This document shows positions 53,747 through 63,273 of a stretch of 64,000 nt of DNA, one piece after another. The notes under the pieces were generated by a model. It was not told where the DNA came from and made no database searches. It worked only from the letters and a program-made list of their open reading frames with translations. Every line of letters begins with the position of its first letter. Positions within the stretch are counted from its first letter, which is position 1. This DNA comes from an uncultured Candidatus Entotheonella sp. (GTDB taxonomy: Bacteria > Tectomicrobia > Entotheonellia > Entotheonellales > Entotheonellaceae). The translations under genes were made by a program, and so were the position numbers. Location: contig OZ244252.1 of assembly GCA_965217185.1 (NCBI GenBank), forward strand, positions 1,440,001 through 1,504,000, in the 5' to 3' direction.

Positions 53747-55864
53747 CTACTTTCCGTCACGGATGTTCCACAGATCGACCTCGACGTCATCGCCCAGCAG
53801 GAACAGTCCCTTGACGCCCTGCATGGCGCTTTCGACGGTGTCGAAGTACAGTCGCTTCCGGGTCAGCGCCTCGTTGTTGCGGTAAGCGTTCAGGCGCGAC
53901 ACGAAGGCCGCCCCCTGCCCTTTCGCTCCGTTGAGTTTCTCGCTTCGAAAGCTCTCGGCCTCCTGGATGAACGAATACGCTTGGGCGCGCGCCAAAGCCA
54001 CGGTTTCGGAGTGGTAGCCCTCGGCCTGCCGGATTTTGCGCGCCCGGTCCTCCAGCGAGCTGGCAACGTCGCGGAACGCCTCGTGCACGGCGGGCGGGGC
54101 GTGGGCGTCGAGCAGGTTCATGGCCACCGCCCGAACGCCGCTGCCAACGGCGTCAAGCTCGGCTTGCAGGGCGGCCAGAACCTCCTGTTCGATGGCAGCC
54201 CGGTCGGTCACCAGGACCTCCGATGACGAACGCCGCGCCACCGTCTGGCGCACGGCCCACTCGGCAAAGGTGCGCACCACCGCGGCGGGATCGGCCACCC
54301 GGTATTTGTAGGCATAGGGCTCGTTGACGCTGAAGTGAACGGTGTAGAAAAGACTGAGGATGTTTTCTTCGCCGCTCATCACCTGGGCGGCGTCGACCAG
54401 GTCTTCACGGTCGGAGGGCTCAATGTCGATACGGTTGGCAGCGCGCAGGAAGCCCTGATCGAGGCTACGCACTTCGTTGGTGCGCAGCCGGGTAACACGG
54501 TCGATCGGCAACGGCAGGTGCGCGTAGAGGCCCGGCGTGTCAAGCGTGCGCACAACGCGCCCGAGACGCACTATCCAGGCAGCTTCGCCCGGACCGACCA
54601 CGGAAAAGGCGGTGGAGACGTACAGCGCGACGACAACGATGAGGGCGGCGACCCGGAAGGCGGGGGACAGGGGGTCGAATCCCAGCGGCGCGCTGTAGGC
54701 CCGCACGCGCTCGACCATGTACGGACCCAGCCGCATGCGCACCGTGCTGAAAACCAGCAGGTAGACGAACAATACCGTGGCAACAATGTTCAGCGGCGAC
54801 AACCCGCTTTCCACGACCCGTGCAACAATCGCACTGAGGTCCACCGCAAAATAGCTGTATACGGCGTTGATCAACAAGCCCAGCAACAGCGCACTGCCGG
54901 TTACCCCGATCAGGTGCAGCACCAGAACACGCCGGCCCAGCAGGCGCGCAATGATGGCAATGGTGGTGGCGTTGGTGGCTGGCCCGACCAGCAGCAGCAC
55001 CAGCGCGGCGCCGGGGTCCAGCCCCTTGGCGATCAGCGTGGCGGCGACCGGCGTGGCGGCGGCGGCGCAGATGTACATCGGCGTGCCGATCAACAGCATG
55101 AGCACCGACGACACGAACCCGGCGGGGATGACAGAGCCGAAGAAATCGTCGGGAACGAGGATGGCGATCAGCCCGGACACCAACAGGCCGATGATCAGCC
55201 ATACCGTCAAGTCGTCCAGCAGCGGCCCAAAGGCGTAGGTCATCGAATCCCGCGTCACTTCCTTGAGTGAACGCTTTCCGACGCCGCCCGGCGTATACAC
55301 CGTGCTGTGGTCGTGGCCGTGGTCGTGATCGTGATCGTGGACAAGGTCGTGAGGCTCATCGGCTGGTGCCTCGGTATCCCCGTCCCAACCCCGCCGCACC
55401 ACGAAGTTGACCACCGAGCCGGTGAACACCGCGGTGGCGAACGCCCCCAGCGGACGCGCCACCGTCATGATGGGATCGAGCAGCGCGTAGGTAATGCCGA
55501 TGGAATCCAGCCCCGTCTCGGGCGTGGAGATCAGAAAGGACGTCGTCGCCCCTTTGCTTGCCCCGCTGCGCCGCAGCGACGTCGCCACCGGCAGCACCGA
55601 GCACGAGCACAGCGGCAGCGGAATGCCGAACAGGGAGGCCAGGATCACCGACTTGAAGCGGTTGTCGCCGAGGTGCTTGTAGACCTTATCCTCCGGCACA
55701 ATGGCCTTCAGAATCCCCGCCAGCGCAAACCCGATCAACAAATACGGCGCCGATTCGGCGACCAGCGTCAGCATCACCCCAAAATAGCCGTTCCACAGAA
55801 ACCCGCAGACACCGATGCCGAGAATGCAAATGCCGAGTGTGATTCCATGCCGTTGCCAAGGCAT
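53747..55864 (-). CDS. SO_0444/DUF318 family metal permease fused to a C-terminal HflK-like SPFH domain
   Basis: ESAPYLLIG, PLPLCSCSVLP, STPETG.DS, His-rich linker, MYICAAAATP, GPATN; then VGPGE..RLGR, PPAVHEAFRDVAS, RLYFDT in the same frame. Confidence 0.9.
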   Translation of the reverse strand: MPWQRHGITLGICILGIGVCGFLWNGYFGVMLTLVAESAPYLLIGFALAGILKAIVPEDKVYKHLGDNRFKSVILASLFGIPLPLCSCSVLPVATSLRRSGASKGATTSFLISTPETGLDSIGITYALLDPIMTVARPLGAFATAVFTGSVVNFVVRRGWDGDTEAPADEPHDLVHDHDHDHGHDHSTVYTPGGVGKRSLKEVTRDSMTYAFGPLLDDLTVWLIIGLLVSGLIAILVPDDFFGSVIPAGFVSSVLMLLIGTPMYICAAAATPVAATLIAKGLDPGAALVLLLVGPATNATTIAIIARLLGRRVLVLHLIGVTGSALLLGLLINAVYSYFAVDLSAIVARVVESGLSPLNIVATVLFVYLLVFSTVRMRLGPYMVERVRAYSAPLGFDPLSPAFRVAALIVVVALYVSTAFSVVGPGEAAWIVRLGRVVRTLDTPGLYAHLPLPIDRVTRLRTNEVRSLDQGFLRAANRIDIEPSDREDLVDAAQVMSGEENILSLFYTVHFSVNEPYAYKYRVADPAAVVRTFAEWAVRQTVARRSSSEVLVTDRAAIEQEVLAALQAELDAVGSGVRAVAMNLLDAHAPPAVHEAFRDVASSLEDRARKIRQAEGYHSETVALARAQAYSFIQEAESFRSEKLNGAKGQGAAFVSRLNAYRNNEALTRKRLYFDTVESAMQGVKGLFLLGDDVEVDLWNIRDGK

Positions 55865-56000
55865 AACCATTCCTCCTGTGGGCTAACGGTCCCCATGCTG
55901 CCACACCGGCCAGACCTTCTGTGCTCGGTGGGCATTGCCCATTCTATAGGCATGATAGCCACAATGACAATTTGAAATGCCGGAGGGTATTTTGTAAAGA

Positions 56001-56899
56001 GAGCCTTTTGCAAAACTGTGGATGCAGGGGAGTTGTTGAGGGCAAGAGGTTGAAGTAACGGGACAGGCCGCCTTTGCCTGAAATCATGTGTTGTGCAACC
56101 ACCACATGATGGAGAGAACGGCCATGTCCCTTCGTGAAATCCTATCGAATTACTGGTTCGTCTTTCAACGGGAGCTTTTCCCTGCGCTCGAAGAAGAGAT
56201 CGGTCCTCTGGGGGAGCGCTACGAGTTGTTCGTCACGGTGCTCGAGTTCGTGCGGGTTGAGCGATTCCTGACGTCTTTCCACGCCCTGCCAGGGCGCCCG
56301 CCTTTATCGCCAAGGCGGTGTTTCAACTCCCGACCACCCGGGCTCTGATCGAGCGGCTGGCAGTCGACCGACCGCTGCGTCGCTTGTGCGGCTGGAGTCG
56401 TCTTGGGCAGGTCCCGAGCGCGGCGACCTTCTCGCGCGCCTTGCACCTTCGCTGAAAGTGCCTTGCCGAGCCGCCTACATGAGGCCCTCATCGAGAAGAC
56501 CATGCAGGGTCATCTGGTCGGCCACGTGTCACGCGATTCGACGGTCGGCTCAAGGATGAGTTTGGCGCCCGCCAGATACGCGTGCGCGGGCACGCCAAGG
56601 TGCTGTGCCACCTGATGTTTGGCATCCTGGCGCTGACGGTGACACAGTTGCTGCGCCTGCTAAACTGACCCCGACCTGGCGCCATCCATTTATTGCAGGC
56701 TGCACGCTCTCCTGGCAGGGGAGTCACGGGACAGCGTTGTTCGTACACCGCAACGGACGCCGAATCGTCTGTGGATTTTAGCCAACTTGCAACACCGGAG
56801 CCGTCCTGGCGGCGTATCCGGCGCAGAAACGTTACCAAATCGTTGCTTTTTTAACGTCTGCCGCTCGCTCCTGACGCTACAGGGTTTTGCAAGTGGCTC
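56001..56899 (+). mobile_element. Internally deleted IS (IS5/IS1182-like DDE family), non-autonomous
   Basis: TIRs GAGCCTTTTGCAAAAC / GAGCCACTTGCAAAAC; no flanking duplication. Confidence 0.85.
56124..56668 (+). pseudogene. Fragmented transposase
   Basis: Pieces in several frames: QRELFP..GRPP / FIAKAV..LRRLCGW..PSAATFSRA / GHVSRDST / RLKDEFG..RVRGHAKV.CHLMFG. Confidence 0.85.
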
Positions 56900-56900
56900 C

Positions 56901-57653
56901 TATGCCTACGGGCTGGTCTGGACGCCCCGGTTTATCGAGGGTTTCACCCTTAGCCTGGACGCCTATTCGATCCGAATCAGGAAAGGTATCAGCGTGGTGA
57001 AGCCGGAGTTCATTCTGAACCAGTGTCTGGAGGGCGACACCTCGCAGTGCGACAAGGTGAAACGCGGGCTGGGGGGTGATCTGTGGGTAGGGTCCGACGT
57101 CGAACGCAGCGGCCACATTGAGTCCCTGCTGGATAACCTGGCCATCGAGGAAGTGCAGGGGTATGACCTTACCGTCCGTTATGACCTCGACGTTGGGGAC
57201 TGGGGACGGCTGAGCTTCAGCGACATTCTTTCCATCACCACCACGTGGGACCAGCAGGAGTTGCTCGGGGCGCCGAAGGTGGATTGCGCCGGCAAATGGG
57301 GCGCTACGTGCGGCTCGCCGACCCCTGATACGCGGAACAATCTGCGCGTTACCTGGCTTACGCCCTGGCGGGTGCGGCCCAGTCTCATGTGGCGATACAT
57401 CAGCGGCGTTGAGGACCTCAACTCTACCCGGATCGATCTCGGGGCGCGGCATTACTTCGACCTGGCAGCGATCTGGGATTACACCGAATCCATCAGCCTG
57501 CGCGTCGGTATCAACAACCTGTTCGACGAAGCACCGCCGATTGCCGGCGGCGCGGCAGGACCGTCCATCAATGGCAACGGCAACACCTTCCCCGGCATGT
57601 ACGATGCCCTGGGCCGCTACGGGTTCATCGGGTTAAGCGTGGAGTTTTCGTAG
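56901..57653 (+). pseudogene. C-terminal fragment of a TonB-dependent receptor
   Basis: GLVWTP..LSLDAYSI, GINNLFDEAPP, YDALGRY; begins directly at the IS end with no start codon or plug domain. Confidence 0.85.
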
Positions 57654-57693
57654 GCGCTTGCCGATGAGCAGGGAGCACCCCGGTTCCCGAGGG

Positions 57694-57720
57694 GTCATTC
57701 CGGGCTGACCCGGAATCCAG
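57694..57720 (+). repeat. GTCATTCC..GGAATCC-type palindromic repeat
   Basis: GTCATTCCGGG-CTGA-CCCGGAATCCAG. Confidence 0.6.
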
Positions 57721-57777
57721 CCGATCTTGGCTCCTGTTCGGGCCTTTGCCGCCCAATCAATCGAGGCAACACGACCC

Positions 57778-58521
57778 ATGCGCATTAGGGATTTTAAAGT
57801 TCTGACCTTCGACTGCTACGGCACGTTGATCGACTGGGAAAGCGGCATCCTTGCAGGCTTGAAACCGTTGACCGACAGGCTGGACCATACGATTTCCCGT
57901 GACGAGATCCTCGAATCGCACGCCTATCACGAATCCCAGCAGCAGTCCTCGACGCCTGGCATGCGCTACGCCGACCTTTTAGCAACCGTATACCGCAGGC
58001 TGGCCGAAGAGTGGGGAAAGCCTGCTGCGTGGGACGAATGCGTGGCTTATGGGGAGTCCGTCAAAACCTGGCCTGCCTTTCCCGACAGCGCTGACGCGTT
58101 GCGGCATTTGAAACGCCCCTTTCGGCTGGTCATTCTCTCCAACGTCGACAACGTGAACTTTTCCTACTCCAATGAAAAACTGGACATTGAATTCGACGCC
58201 ATCTTCACGGCGGAGGACATCGGCTCCTACAAGCCCGCAAAGCGAAACTTCGACTACATGCTCCGAAACCTCGCGCGAGCGGGCTTCGCCAAGGAGGACG
58301 TTCTGCACGTCGCCGAAAGCATGTTCCATGACCACGCGCCGGCAAACGAGTTGGGTATCAGAAATTGCTGGATTTACCGCCGACGCGGCAAGGAGGGGTT
58401 TGGAGCCACGGTCAAGCCGGAAGCCATGCCGGGTTACGATTTCGTTTTCGGCAGCATGCAGGAACTGGCAGAGGCGCACGTGCAAGAATGCGCAAACGGA
58501 AGTGCTTCCGACGGCCTATGA
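57778..58521 (+). CDS. Haloacid dehalogenase type II-like HAD hydrolase
   Basis: FDCYGTLIDWE, LSNVD, SYKP, HVAESMFHDH. Confidence 0.92.
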   Translation: MRIRDFKVLTFDCYGTLIDWESGILAGLKPLTDRLDHTISRDEILESHAYHESQQQSSTPGMRYADLLATVYRRLAEEWGKPAAWDECVAYGESVKTWPAFPDSADALRHLKRPFRLVILSNVDNVNFSYSNEKLDIEFDAIFTAEDIGSYKPAKRNFDYMLRNLARAGFAKEDVLHVAESMFHDHAPANELGIRNCWIYRRRGKEGFGATVKPEAMPGYDFVFGSMQELAEAHVQECANGSASDGL

Positions 58522-58532
58522 GCAGAAGGCTT

Positions 58533-59078
58533 TCAACGCGGCATGGGGATGGGGAATTCCACCTGAATGCGTGACGCGGCGTTCATCATCCAGACGGTAA
58601 TCCACACACTGGAGAAGGTGAGGTCCGTCGCGCCGGTGGGATAGGGAAAGGTGAAGAGGGCTGTCTTGCGCTTCCTGCGGCCTACCTTCGTTGGCTCGCC
58701 GGAGATGCCGCTGACCGCGAGCAATGGATATTTCGCCGAGGTCTCATTGTCCGTCAGCAGCGTCGAAGTGTGAAAATCTTCCGCCAGGAATATCGGTCTG
58801 GGTGAACTGGCGTTATTTTTGTATACGACGCCGAGAATCAGATTGTCGCCTTGTCGCTCGACAAACCGCAACACCCAGTTCCAGCTTTGAGCCTTGAACA
58901 CTTGCCGGTTGACGTCAAGCCGCCAGTCCGCCTCAGGCTGGGCGTGTGTCTCGGTAATCGGTAACAGGCCGGGACACAGCAACATAACGACGAGGGCGAC
59001 AACGCCCGGCGTCAGAAGCCATCGTGACCGCGCTCCCCTCCCCTCAAATTTGCCGGAAGCCGGCTCACTCAGGATCAA
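58533..59078 (-). CDS. Hypothetical exported beta-rich protein (start uncertain)
   Basis: Signal-like segment ending THA-Q; directly follows the cytochrome c gene. Confidence 0.6.
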   Translation of the reverse strand: MILSEPASGKFEGRGARSRWLLTPGVVALVVMLLCPGLLPITETHAQPEADWRLDVNRQVFKAQSWNWVLRFVERQGDNLILGVVYKNNASSPRPIFLAEDFHTSTLLTDNETSAKYPLLAVSGISGEPTKVGRRKRKTALFTFPYPTGATDLTFSSVWITVWMMNAASRIQVEFPIPMPR

Positions 59079-59481
59079 GCCACACCGCCCCTCTGACCGC
59101 CAGGGTTTCCAGATACGCTCCAATCTGGTCAATCTCCTCATCGCTCAACACCCTACCGCCGCCGTAGGGCGGCATCTTTTTCTTGCCCTTCTTGATGATC
59201 TGCACGTAAAGGCCGTAGCCGCGCTTGAACTTCTGCAAATTCGAGGCCCCGGCAATGCCCCGCCCTCTGCCGTTGGCTCTCATGCCGTGGCAAACCACAC
59301 AAACGGCGCGGTAGAGCGTTTTGCCATCCTGGATGGCGCTCTCGTCGCCTGACAACGGATTGGAAGACGCGACCTTCACAGCCGCCAGCGCGTCTTGTGA
59401 GCCCGTCGTCAGAACTGTGGACAAAACGGTTGCGAAAATCAGCACAGAAAGGAATAGCGATTTACAGGGCCTCCGATTCAT
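59065..59481 (-). CDS. Monoheme class I cytochrome c
   Basis: Signal peptide, NPLSGD..AI..G..LY, CVVCH, distal MPP. Confidence 0.92.
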   Translation of the reverse strand: MNRRPCKSLFLSVLIFATVLSTVLTTGSQDALAAVKVASSNPLSGDESAIQDGKTLYRAVCVVCHGMRANGRGRGIAGASNLQKFKRGYGLYVQIIKKGKKKMPPYGGGRVLSDEEIDQIGAYLETLAVRGAVWLDPE

Positions 59482-59571
59482 CTGACTCGTCTTCCCAGAT
59501 GCAGCGAAAGCACGCCGATTCGACGTGCTTTCGCCGGGTCGTTACCACATGCCGCTGTCCGTAAGACAGGG

Positions 59572-61281
59572 CTACCTACGGAAGGTGAACATGATGCTGC
59601 CATGTTCAAGGGGATGATCGTCGGGTGCCGAGCCAAACGTCGGCATGCCGCCGCCGGCGATGGTGACGTACTGCTTGCCGTCGAGCATGTAGGTGATCGG
59701 CGCCGCTTTGAAGGTGACACCGGCGCTGAAGGTCCAGAGGATTTCTCCGGTGCTGGCGTCCACGGCGTGCACGATACCGCCCGCGCCGCCGTACATGACC
59801 AAACCGCCGGCAGTGCTCAGCATGCCGCCGGAGTAACCGTCCTTGGATTTCTGGTCGCGCCAGGTTTCCTGTCCGGTTGCGGCGTTCACCGCCTTGTTCA
59901 GCTCATAGCCGCCGGGCGGCAGTTCAAACGTTGCGCCAACGAGTTGCACGTTGCTCGTCGTCTGCACCTTCTCGAAACCCCACAGCATGCCCATCTCACG
60001 CGCCGACAAATAAATCATGCCGGTCTGCGGGTTGTATGCCGGCGGGTACATGTTCACGCCGCCCAGCAGGCTGGGCCACACCTCCACCGGATCCTCGCCT
60101 TCCTGAGGGATGGTCTGGGTCCAGACGGGCTTGCCATCATCGGTGAAACCCGACGCCCAGGTGATGCGGTCCGAAAACGGCGTCGCTTTCAGGAACTCGC
60201 CGGTCGCGGCATCCAGATAGCTAATAAATCCGGTCTTGTTGGGTTGCACCACGGTCTTGCGTCCGTCGATCGTAAGAACCAAGGGCACCTGCATGGTGTC
60301 GTAATCGTAGGGATCGCCCGGCACCACGGTGTAGCGCCACGCGACCTTGCCGGTTTCCGTGTCGACGGCCACCACGGCGGCGGCCCCGACGTTCTCGTAG
60401 TCACCGCCGCCGCGGCCTTGCCGTTCGCTGTGCGGGGTGTACGGATAGGCATTTGCCGTGCCGGTGTAGTACATCTTCAGATCGGGGTCCCAACTGCCGG
60501 TAATCCACGGGCCGGCGCCGCCGTAATCCCGGCTGTTTCCCGGCCAGCTATCGTAGCCCGGCTCGCCGGGTCCGGGAATCATGTTCGCCGACCACAACAA
60601 CTCGCCGGTCTCCGGGTCAACGGAGTCCACAAAGCCGGGCTTGCCGCCCATGTCGGAAGCGTTCATGGGCAGAAGGACCTGGCCCGGAATCACCAGAGGG
60701 CCTACGGTGGTCAGGTAGCCGCCGGCGTCGTCCGATGATTCGTAGGTGCGCGGGTATTCCCGTATCTGCTTGGCGAACATCGACTCGCCGGTCTTGTAAT
60801 GGAGTGCGTGCAGGACGTTGTCGTTGGAAAGGAAGTAGATCTTGTCCTGGTAGATCGCCACGCTGCGGTGCTTGTTGGTCAGGAAGTCGTTGAACTGCCA
60901 GTGGCCCCAGTCCTCGGGCAATTCGTGCTCGAATTTCCACACCCGAGCGCCAGTGCGGGCGTCAATCGCATGCACTTTGTTGTCCAGCGGGATGTACAAC
61001 AGGCCGTCGTGGTAGATGGGATTGGACTGCAGGCCGGTAACGCCGCCGAGGGCGAGCGCCCAGGCCACGTTGAGGTCTTGAACGTTGCTCGTATTGATCT
61101 GTGTGAGCGTGCTGTGCCGGGTGGCTTGCCAGTCGCCGTGGACGTGCAGCCATTCTTCGCCGGCCGGCCGCGCCAGCGCTTCATCCCGCACCGGGAACGC
61201 CTGCGCGCCGCCGATCATCAGCATGAGCAAGGAAACCACCACCAGCAACCCGGACACGCGCTTGAAGATACGACTACTCAT
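59572..61281 (-). CDS. PQQ-dependent dehydrogenase (alcohol/methanol family, divergent)
   Basis: RHSTLTQINTSNV.DL..AW, Trp-docking repeats, YDYD, TAGGLV, APITYMLDGKQYV. Confidence 0.9.
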   Translation of the reverse strand: MSSRIFKRVSGLLVVVSLLMLMIGGAQAFPVRDEALARPAGEEWLHVHGDWQATRHSTLTQINTSNVQDLNVAWALALGGVTGLQSNPIYHDGLLYIPLDNKVHAIDARTGARVWKFEHELPEDWGHWQFNDFLTNKHRSVAIYQDKIYFLSNDNVLHALHYKTGESMFAKQIREYPRTYESSDDAGGYLTTVGPLVIPGQVLLPMNASDMGGKPGFVDSVDPETGELLWSANMIPGPGEPGYDSWPGNSRDYGGAGPWITGSWDPDLKMYYTGTANAYPYTPHSERQGRGGGDYENVGAAAVVAVDTETGKVAWRYTVVPGDPYDYDTMQVPLVLTIDGRKTVVQPNKTGFISYLDAATGEFLKATPFSDRITWASGFTDDGKPVWTQTIPQEGEDPVEVWPSLLGGVNMYPPAYNPQTGMIYLSAREMGMLWGFEKVQTTSNVQLVGATFELPPGGYELNKAVNAATGQETWRDQKSKDGYSGGMLSTAGGLVMYGGAGGIVHAVDASTGEILWTFSAGVTFKAAPITYMLDGKQYVTIAGGGMPTFGSAPDDHPLEHGSIMFTFRR

Positions 61282-61351
61282 GATCCTTCCCTCCTTCTTA
61301 CCAATAGGGTCATTGCTTAGAACGTTTGGTAAAGAAGAACAACTGAGTAGC

Positions 61352-61380
61352 CGTCTAGCAGAAGCTCACCGGGAAGTCAA
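61352..61380 (-). promoter_or_regulatory. Sigma70-like promoter for the PQQ dehydrogenase
   Basis: TTGACT-17 nt-TAGACG. Confidence 0.4.
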
Positions 61381-61406
61381 GGACGTTTCAGCCTTCCGTC
61401 ACGGCG

Positions 61407-62420
61407 TTATTTCTTCTCAACCGGCGTGGGGCGCTGGCGCGGAATGCCGAAATTCTCGGCGACCTTATAGGCGGCTTTCGCCTTGTTGCGGTAGGCGATG
61501 ACGTTCTGCGTGTGCAGCGCCCGGTTGATGCTGCTGCCGGGCTTGGCATCGGCAAGCAGCGTGTACGCGTCGCCCAGGTGCTTGTGCGCGGTGCCAAACT
61601 CGTGCGGCGAGGTCTCGGCGTCCAGTTGGTTCACCGCCCTGTCAAACTGGTCGATGGCCCGTTTCAAGTTACGGCTGGCGCCGTTTCCCCGCGCCAGAAT
61701 GAGGTAGGCCAAGCCCATGTTGGTGTAGGTTGTCCCAAGGGTGGCGGCGTCCGGTGCCGCCTCCAGCGCCGCGCGCGCCTGCTCGTAGAACTGCAGGGCT
61801 TGCTCCATGCTCGAGTTGCCCGCCTGATGGAGGTCCCGGTGGACGTTGCCAAGGCGGTTGAGCGTTTGCGCCTGCGCCACCGCATCGGAATCGGCCGCAT
61901 GCAGCCCGAGGGCAGACTGGTAGGCTTCGACCGCTCTGTTTGCAAGCTCCGACTTGGCCTCGACCTGAAAGTGCCGCCGATACGCATCTCCCAGGTGGCT
62001 CTGGACGCTGGCATGGGCGGTGGCGAAGGCGTTGACAGGAAGCAGCGCCAGCGCCTCTTGAAACGCCGCCACCGCCTGGGGCAGATGGCCTTGCGGGTCA
62101 CTCTGCTCGGCGAGTCCGAGATAGCACAGGCCCACCTGTTCCGTGATCTGCCCCTTGGCCTCGCCTGTCAGATCGGCATCGAAGGTGCGCAGAACATGTT
62201 GATAATCCTCCAAGGCGCGAGCGAACTTGCCGCCCTCGTATCGCCCCTCCGCGCGGTGGACGGCGTCGGCGATCCGTGCCTCCAGGGCAGCGCGCTGCTG
62301 CGGACGGACGGTATGATGAATGTAATTCGTGACGGCCCCCATGGCGGCGCCCAGACCAACCAGAATGAGCACCGCGAGAATCCACGGATGCCGATTCAGC
62401 ACCCATCGCACCTCAGCCAT
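61407..62420 (-). CDS. Membrane-anchored TPR protein
   Basis: N-terminal TM; repeats A..A(F/Y)Q.AL.....A.....LG.AY. Confidence 0.85.
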   Translation of the reverse strand: MAEVRWVLNRHPWILAVLILVGLGAAMGAVTNYIHHTVRPQQRAALEARIADAVHRAEGRYEGGKFARALEDYQHVLRTFDADLTGEAKGQITEQVGLCYLGLAEQSDPQGHLPQAVAAFQEALALLPVNAFATAHASVQSHLGDAYRRHFQVEAKSELANRAVEAYQSALGLHAADSDAVAQAQTLNRLGNVHRDLHQAGNSSMEQALQFYEQARAALEAAPDAATLGTTYTNMGLAYLILARGNGASRNLKRAIDQFDRAVNQLDAETSPHEFGTAHKHLGDAYTLLADAKPGSSINRALHTQNVIAYRNKAKAAYKVAENFGIPRQRPTPVEKK

Positions 62421-62546
62421 GACATGCGCACTCCTCATCAATGGTTGACAACCCGGAGACAACAGATATACGCTCAGCACTGTTTATGAAGACGCTTGCA
62501 TCGGCAACCATGACGGTTTCTCGACCCTTCATAAGGTCACACCAGC

Positions 62547-63236
62547 ATGAACATCCAACACACCCTATTCTATAAGTGGCTCCTGGGCAATTCCTTTGCC
62601 GTCCTCATAGGATACGTTGCCTGGCTGCAAGGCTGGATCGAACTGATCCTGCGCAGCGACGCGAGCTATCTGTCGTGGGCGATCATCCTGGTCTTCGGGG
62701 TGTTCTGGATCATCAGTACCTACCACGTCCTGATCCTGAATCGAGAATTGACGCGCTTTGCCGACGCCAGTCCGCAGGGGGTGGCGGCGGATTACTTCGC
62801 CAAGCTGCAGAGCAAGAGCCGCAACCAACAGGGAGCCCCCATCGACCAGAATCTGCTGGCCACCACGCTGCGCATCCGGCTGATGACGTCGGTTCAAGTC
62901 GTCGGTTACGTGGCGAATACCCTGATTCTGCTCGGCCTGATCGGAACCGTCGTCGGATTCGTGATTGCGGTCAGCGGCTTGGGGGACAGCCTCGGCCAGG
63001 GCGAAAACATCGATCGCGTGAAAAACGTGCTGAGCCAGATCGTCAACGGCATGGGCGTGGCGCTGTTCACGACCTTGGTCGGCAGCGTCCTGGGCGGCAT
63101 CTGGCTGCAGGTGCATTACCAGATGCTGTTGCGCGCCGTGACCGATCTCGTGGTGCGCATCGTTGAACACGCCGAGGTCGAAGTGATTCCCCAATTGACC
63201 GTCAATTGGGAAGCGAGGGGCGCCGACGCCTCGTGA
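62547..63236 (+). CDS. MotA/TolQ/ExbB proton channel family protein
   Basis: LLGLIGTVVGF and GMGVALFTTLVG. Confidence 0.9.
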   Translation: MNIQHTLFYKWLLGNSFAVLIGYVAWLQGWIELILRSDASYLSWAIILVFGVFWIISTYHVLILNRELTRFADASPQGVAADYFAKLQSKSRNQQGAPIDQNLLATTLRIRLMTSVQVVGYVANTLILLGLIGTVVGFVIAVSGLGDSLGQGENIDRVKNVLSQIVNGMGVALFTTLVGSVLGGIWLQVHYQMLLRAVTDLVVRIVEHAEVEVIPQLTVNWEARGADAS

Positions 63237-63273
63237 GGTTTCCCAATCTTTCAACCCTTCTGCAAGCCGAGAC

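Noticed and set aside
55307..55345. GTGATC/GTGGTC hexamer run as a DNA tandem repeat
   Set aside because: Explained by His-Asp codons in the permease linker
55945..55985. Possible metalloregulator operator upstream of the permease-SPFH operon
   Set aside because: AT-rich but no convincing palindrome or consensus match by eye
56787..56899. N-terminus of the 288-aa ORF
   Set aside because: Derived from IS sequence fused by chance to the receptor fragment
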